Virus record (IMG/VR): IMGVR_UViG_3300006217_000225
Direction: 5' to 3' (one strand)
Length of the DNA stretch: 36,682 nucleotides
Source: a virus
The position numbers were made by a program, and so were the translations under genes. Positions 32,807-36,682 of this stretch are shown one piece after another. Positions within the stretch are counted from its first letter, which is position 1. Each line of letters starts with the position of its first letter. Under the pieces are notes generated by a model. The model did not search any database and had not been told where the DNA came from. It was given only the letters and a program-made list of their open reading frames with translations.

Positions 32807-32906
32807 AATTGACATAGTACTGCCCAATTGGGCAAAGTCAAGACGACACGCCGCCCAATTGGGCAGTACTCAGCCGGAAGAAGAAGTTACAATGTCCATA
32901 TGGACA
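32800..32906. promoter_or_regulatory. Genetic switch: four palindromic operators and divergent, apparently leaderless promoters
   Basis: Operators: TGCCCAATTGGGCA (32821-32834), GCCCAATTGGGC (32853-32864), TGTCCATATGGACA (32893-32906) and TGTCCATAATTGACA (32800-32814). Minus-strand promoter: TTGACT (32841-32836), 16 nt, TACTAT (32819-32814). Plus-strand -10 box: TACAAT (32888-32893). Confidence 0.65.
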
Positions 32907-33277
32907 TCAACGAAGCCACTGCGAAGGCATTATCCGCAGAACGAGCCGCATCGGGGCTGACCATAAAGGAATTAGCCGAAAAATCGGGTATCCCAGAACG
33001 TACCCTGATTCGCGTGCTCAAGGGAGAGCGCGACATCAATATGCTGCAAATCAGCAAACTCGCTCCGATTTATGGTATGCAGCCACACGAAATAATCGTT
33101 GAGGCTGAACGATATATCGCACGAGACAGGCGGAATGCAGTCATCAACGCCGGGGATCATATTATGAATGCCGAGGATCGTGAACGCGAAGCGTTAAGGC
33201 GTGCCGCGTCAGGTGATTATGATCTCGCCGCATACGATGACGGCGGCCGTTGGGGGAACGGCGATGGATACGAGTGA
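32900..33277 (+). CDS. XRE/CI-like prophage repressor
   Basis: HTH_3 motif LTIKELAEKSGIPERTLIRVLKGERDINMLQISKLAPIYG. The ATG at 32900 lies 6 nt after TACAAT. Confidence 0.8.
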   Translation: MDINEATAKALSAERAASGLTIKELAEKSGIPERTLIRVLKGERDINMLQISKLAPIYGMQPHEIIVEAERYIARDRRNAVINAGDHIMNAEDREREALRRAASGDYDLAAYDDGGRWGNGDGYE

Positions 33278-33740
33278 GCGGCGCGCCATATTCAAACGCG
33301 TAACCAGCGATTACGTGACCTATGGACCGATGAGACTCGCCCTGTACCAGCTCGCACCGAGCCTCATAGTCTCATCGTCCACGACACTCGCTGGGACACG
33401 CATGGGAGTATACGATTCGCGGCTTGAGACAATCACCATCAGGCGGGCCCTAGGGCTCGACGTCAAACGCTGCGTACTCGTCCATGAACTCGCCCACTGG
33501 GTATACGATGACGACTCGCGGCCGCCCTATGGGGCGAAGCGTGAACGTCATGCGCGCAAGGAAGCCGCAGACGCACTGATCGACGCGACACGTTATGCGC
33601 AGGCGGAACGCATGTACGAGGGCGACCTATGGCAGATCGCCGACGAACTCGGCGTCTACCCAGGAGTGGTTGACGACTATCGCAAACTCGTCATCCCGTC
33701 GACGCGACTGCAGCAGAGCACAGCCTACGGCGAATGGTGA
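33264..33740 (+). CDS. ImmA/IrrE-family zinc metallopeptidase (anti-repressor protease)
   Basis: HELAH at 33483-33497, in the context VLVHELAHWV. Overlaps the 3' end of the repressor gene by 14 nt. The gene pairing matches ImmR/ImmA modules. Confidence 0.7.
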   Translation: MDTSERRAIFKRVTSDYVTYGPMRLALYQLAPSLIVSSSTTLAGTRMGVYDSRLETITIRRALGLDVKRCVLVHELAHWVYDDDSRPPYGAKRERHARKEAADALIDATRYAQAERMYEGDLWQIADELGVYPGVVDDYRKLVIPSTRLQQSTAYGEW

Positions 33741-33767
33741 CGATCACACACAGAAAGAAGGGGAAAC

Positions 33768-35429
33768 ATGGTCTCGGATAGGCGTTTCAGGCATGGATTG
33801 AACATGCTGCGCGGGGAATACTCCGTACTCACCAGCACTGGATCCGTCATGCAGACGACGGATACCTCGTCAAAGCACATGTTCAAGAATTGCACAATCA
33901 TCGAAGTTCCGCAGCCAAACGGCAGAAAGACGCATCTAGCGGTATGTAGTGGGCGTGGCGATATCGTCTTCGAGACAAACGGGCGGCATTCCGCCATCTA
34001 TGCGCTTCTGGAACAATTCGCCGACCAACAGGTCGAAGAATTCTCATGGCGTCCATACGCGGAATCGTCAACGCCGACAATCGAATGCAAGCTATACGCG
34101 CGGCATGAGCCAAAGGCCACAGAGCCAGTCATCAACAGAATCGTGCTGGATGTGGAAACCACCGGGCTTGACCCTGAGGGCGATGAGATACTGCGCTTAT
34201 CGATCATCGATGGCGGTGGTGCCGCACTGCTCGATGAGACTTATAAGCCGGAACATACAACGTCATGGCCCGATGCGCAGAGAATCAACCGGATCAGTCC
34301 GACATCGGTCAGGAACCGCCCGCCAATCACCGACGACATCGAACGCATCCAAACGCTGCTCGACAGGGCGCAAGAGGTATGTGCGTTCAACGCCGACTTC
34401 GATCTCGCGTTCCTGGGTGAGATTGGACTGCGGCTGGATACCTCGAAGGTGCGCGACACCATGCGCGAATATGGCCGTGCATTCCATGGAAGTGATTACA
34501 TTAAACTGACCCAGGCCGCCGAAGAATGCAACTACCGGTACAACGCGCATGATTCCCTGTCGGACTGTCGGGCCACGCTCGTCGTGCAGACCCGCGTCGA
34601 CAATTATAGGGAACGCAAGGCAGCGAAAATCAATTGGGGTGATGTGTCGGAACCGACACGGCGGCCGAAGAAGCGCGAGACCAAGACCCAAGCACGAATC
34701 TACACGGCACTGACATGGATCCTACTGTTTCTATGCGCTGTGCTTATAGCGGTATGTTTTGCCGCTCCATATATGCTTATCGTTGCGATACCAACATGTT
34801 TCATCTGCCGAGCGTGCGTCAAGCACGCAAGGGGAATGCGTGAGCGTACAGGTCTATCGAAGTCATCCCACAAGGGGAAACATAGCGGACAACAGCAACG
34901 TACGGAAAACATGCCGGAGCCTGCGGCAGCGGCAGGCGCAGATGAAGCCGAGTACGAACGCCGGCTCGCGATGGAGGCGACCAAAACGGTGAGGCAGCAG
35001 GCCGAGGCGAATCCGCCGGCAGCGAGCGCGCCGGTTCCTGCGGTCCATATCGACGAGGCGTCGGTCATTCCCGGTGATGAACCGCCGATGTTCATGGTTC
35101 GTGGGTCAAAGGTCGCGAAGTTCAAGGGTGATGACGGCACTGACTTCACCCTGTACCAGCGCACCATCAAGTGCGGTCGCGAGGAACATCGGCTCGACGG
35201 TGTAGAGGCTGTGGTCGAGGAAGGATCCGCATTGCAGTCACGGTTCACGGCGACACGCATCTTCCTTCTTGGCGTCTTCGCGTTGGCGTTCAAGAAGCGT
35301 AAGGGCGGTGAGAAGTGGCTCGGCATCATGGGGCCAGACTTCGCGTGGGTCTCCAGAGCCGACCGTAAGCATATCGGCGACGCGATGAAGTTCGCCGCGA
35401 AGGTCAACGACCAGGCGCGCAAACAATGA
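33768..35429 (+). CDS. 553-aa multidomain protein: unknown N-domain + DEDDh 3'-5' exonuclease + 2-TM hairpin + unknown C-domain; candidate lysogen-expressed defence/exclusion factor
   Basis: Exo I motif LDVETTG, Exo II FNADFD and Exo III AHDSLSD. Two hydrophobic helices at aa 311-351, flanked by K/R clusters. Strong GAAGGGG RBS. G+C is 51/100 at 33801-33900. Confidence 0.75.
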   Translation: MVSDRRFRHGLNMLRGEYSVLTSTGSVMQTTDTSSKHMFKNCTIIEVPQPNGRKTHLAVCSGRGDIVFETNGRHSAIYALLEQFADQQVEEFSWRPYAESSTPTIECKLYARHEPKATEPVINRIVLDVETTGLDPEGDEILRLSIIDGGGAALLDETYKPEHTTSWPDAQRINRISPTSVRNRPPITDDIERIQTLLDRAQEVCAFNADFDLAFLGEIGLRLDTSKVRDTMREYGRAFHGSDYIKLTQAAEECNYRYNAHDSLSDCRATLVVQTRVDNYRERKAAKINWGDVSEPTRRPKKRETKTQARIYTALTWILLFLCAVLIAVCFAAPYMLIVAIPTCFICRACVKHARGMRERTGLSKSSHKGKHSGQQQRTENMPEPAAAAGADEAEYERRLAMEATKTVRQQAEANPPAASAPVPAVHIDEASVIPGDEPPMFMVRGSKVAKFKGDDGTDFTLYQRTIKCGREEHRLDGVEAVVEEGSALQSRFTATRIFLLGVFALAFKKRKGGEKWLGIMGPDFAWVSRADRKHIGDAMKFAAKVNDQARKQ

Positions 35430-35452
35430 CCACATATTAGGGGTTGTTTCGT

Positions 35453-36607
35453 ATGGTGAATATCGCGAGCTATCAGACCAAGGCCGGCAAACGGTACCGT
35501 GTGCGCTACCGCAAGCCCGACGGCTCGCAGACCGACAAGCGTGGTTTCAAGCGCAAACTGGATGCGGAGACGTGGGCTGCCGAGCATGTCACCGTCGCCA
35601 AGGCGCGCGGCGAATACATCGACCCGCGTGACGGCAATATCACCGTGCGCCCGCTCTATGAGGCGTGGATAGCGAAGAAACGGATCTCTGCGAAGGAAAG
35701 CTACTACCACACGCTCGAGGGCGCATGGGCCGCGAACGCGGCTGACATGTGGGATTCTCGCCGTGTCAACACGATCACCCGTGAGGAGGTGCAGCGGTGG
35801 GCGGCGTCCATCTCGGACGGCACCGGCACGAGGGACGGCAGGCCGCGCAGCGCCACCGTCGTCATCAGGGTCGTGGACATGCTCGCCGGGATCCTCGATG
35901 ACGCGGTGTCGGACCGGCGCATACCGTCCAATCCTGCGCGCGGCATCGCCAAGCCCCGCAAACGCAAACGGCGGCACATGTACCTGACCGCGGCCGAGTT
36001 GTATGCGGTGGCCGATGGGGCGAAGTGGCGGCGGGACATCGTGCTCACGCTCGGGTTGTGCGGCATGCGGTGGGGTGAACTCGCCGCGCTGCGCGTGCGT
36101 GACGTCGACCTCGAACGCCACCGTCTGCACATCGGCGCGAGCGCGTCCACCGTCGCCGGCAAGGTCGTCGTCTCCGACCCGAAAACCTACGATGCGCGTA
36201 GCATCATGTACCCCGAGGCGCTCGACGCCATGATGCGCCGGAGGTGCGAAGGCAAATCGGATGACGATCTATTGTTCGATGCGCCGCACCGTCCGGGCGA
36301 GTACCTGTCGCTCGCCGACTGTCCCACGAGCCATGATGGCTGGTTCTCGGTCGCATTGCGGCGCGCGGGAATCGATAGGGGTCACATGACCGTACATGAC
36401 CTGCGGCACACGGCGGCGTCACTCATGGTGAGTGCCGGGGCGAACGTGAAGGCCGTGCAAAGGCAGCTGGGCCACCGGTCGGCGGCGATGACGCTCGACA
36501 CGTACGCGGACCTCTTCGACGCTGATCTGGACGACCTGTCGGCGGCCATGTCCGACATGCTCGCCCGTGAGCATGTGGGCAAAACGTGGGCAGACGGTGG
36601 TGCCTAG
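35453..36607 (+). CDS. int: Tyrosine integrase
   Basis: The N-terminal SAM-like/arm-binding region begins YQTKAGKRYRVRYRKPDG. The catalytic motifs are R...HDLRHTAAS...LGHRSAAMTLDTYADL. Ends at the att repeat. Confidence 0.9.
   Translation: MVNIASYQTKAGKRYRVRYRKPDGSQTDKRGFKRKLDAETWAAEHVTVAKARGEYIDPRDGNITVRPLYEAWIAKKRISAKESYYHTLEGAWAANAADMWDSRRVNTITREEVQRWAASISDGTGTRDGRPRSATVVIRVVDMLAGILDDAVSDRRIPSNPARGIAKPRKRKRRHMYLTAAELYAVADGAKWRRDIVLTLGLCGMRWGELAALRVRDVDLERHRLHIGASASTVAGKVVVSDPKTYDARSIMYPEALDAMMRRRCEGKSDDDLLFDAPHRPGEYLSLADCPTSHDGWFSVALRRAGIDRGHMTVHDLRHTAASLMVSAGANVKAVQRQLGHRSAAMTLDTYADLFDADLDDLSAAMSDMLAREHVGKTWADGGA
36575..36596 (+). repeat. Candidate integrase arm-type sites (P side), inside the int 3' end
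   Basis: gtgggcaaaac / gtgggcagacg are two phased 11-bp units. They match the 180-201 units in the same orientation. Confidence 0.5.
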
Positions 36608-36682
36608 ACTTGATAATCGTTGGAATCCAGCTGTTTTATGGCGTATATCATGCGGGTTCGAATCCCGCTGGGGGCACCGATG
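36606..36682. repeat. Terminal direct repeat copy 2 (att core or assembly overlap)
   Basis: Identical to 1-77. It begins inside the integrase stop codon (TAG at 36605-36607). Confidence 0.95.
36652..36678 (+). other. Second copy of the tRNA 3'-end fragment (att core)
   Basis: Same T-arm/acceptor sequence as 47-73, lying in the right-hand repeat. Confidence 0.75.

Larger units (their letters stand above)
1..36682. mobile_element. Complete temperate siphovirus-type phage genome (circular contig with terminal overlap, or prophage cut exactly at its att repeats)
   Basis: Full set of lysogeny, recombination/replication, packaging, head, tail and lysis modules in canonical order. Exact 77-bp repeat at both ends. 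Integrase ends at the repeat. No host housekeeping genes. Confidence 0.9.

Overview
The window is one complete temperate siphovirus-type phage genome with high G+C. The host is probably an actinobacterium; Bifidobacterium-like is only a guess from composition and gene content. There are 36,605 unique bp plus an exact 77-bp direct repeat at both window ends (1-77 = 36606-36682). No host genes are present. Almost every gene is on the minus strand, except the lysogeny module and one cargo gene.

Gene order, read along the minus strand from the genetic switch:
- Switch and early genes: Cro-like HTH; then early genes encoding a YqaJ-type exonuclease, RecT, SSB, a PD-(D/E)xK resolvase and a replication organiser containing an iteron array.
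- Late control and packaging: zinc-ribbon/HTH proteins; a structured C-rich leader; HNH endonuclease, TerS, TerL and portal.
- Head: a MuF-like head protein with an extra HExxH domain plus a coupled small ORF; two terminators flanking a tRNA-like minihelix; scaffold, major capsid and four connector proteins.
- Tail: major tail protein; G/GT chaperones with a CCCAAAC -1 frameshift site; a 1043-aa tape measure; Dit; a 1963-aa tail fibre; small minor-tail proteins.
- Lysis: an Amidase_2 + 2xCW_7 endolysin and a holin-like protein.

The plus strand carries the XRE repressor, an ImmA-like protease, a 553-aa membrane-anchored DEDDh exonuclease and a tyrosine integrase that ends at the att core. The att core contains only the 3' end of a tRNA.

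The most interesting candidates are:
- (a) the MuF-zincin protein with a putative immunity ORF, which sits on an AT-richer island;
- (b) the membrane-tethered exonuclease in the lysogeny cargo slot;
- (c) the acceptor/T-arm minihelix between tandem terminators;
- (d) the operator/leaderless-promoter layout of the switch.

All functional calls come from reading motifs and gene order by eye. No database search was possible, so family names are recollection-based and need HMM or structure confirmation.
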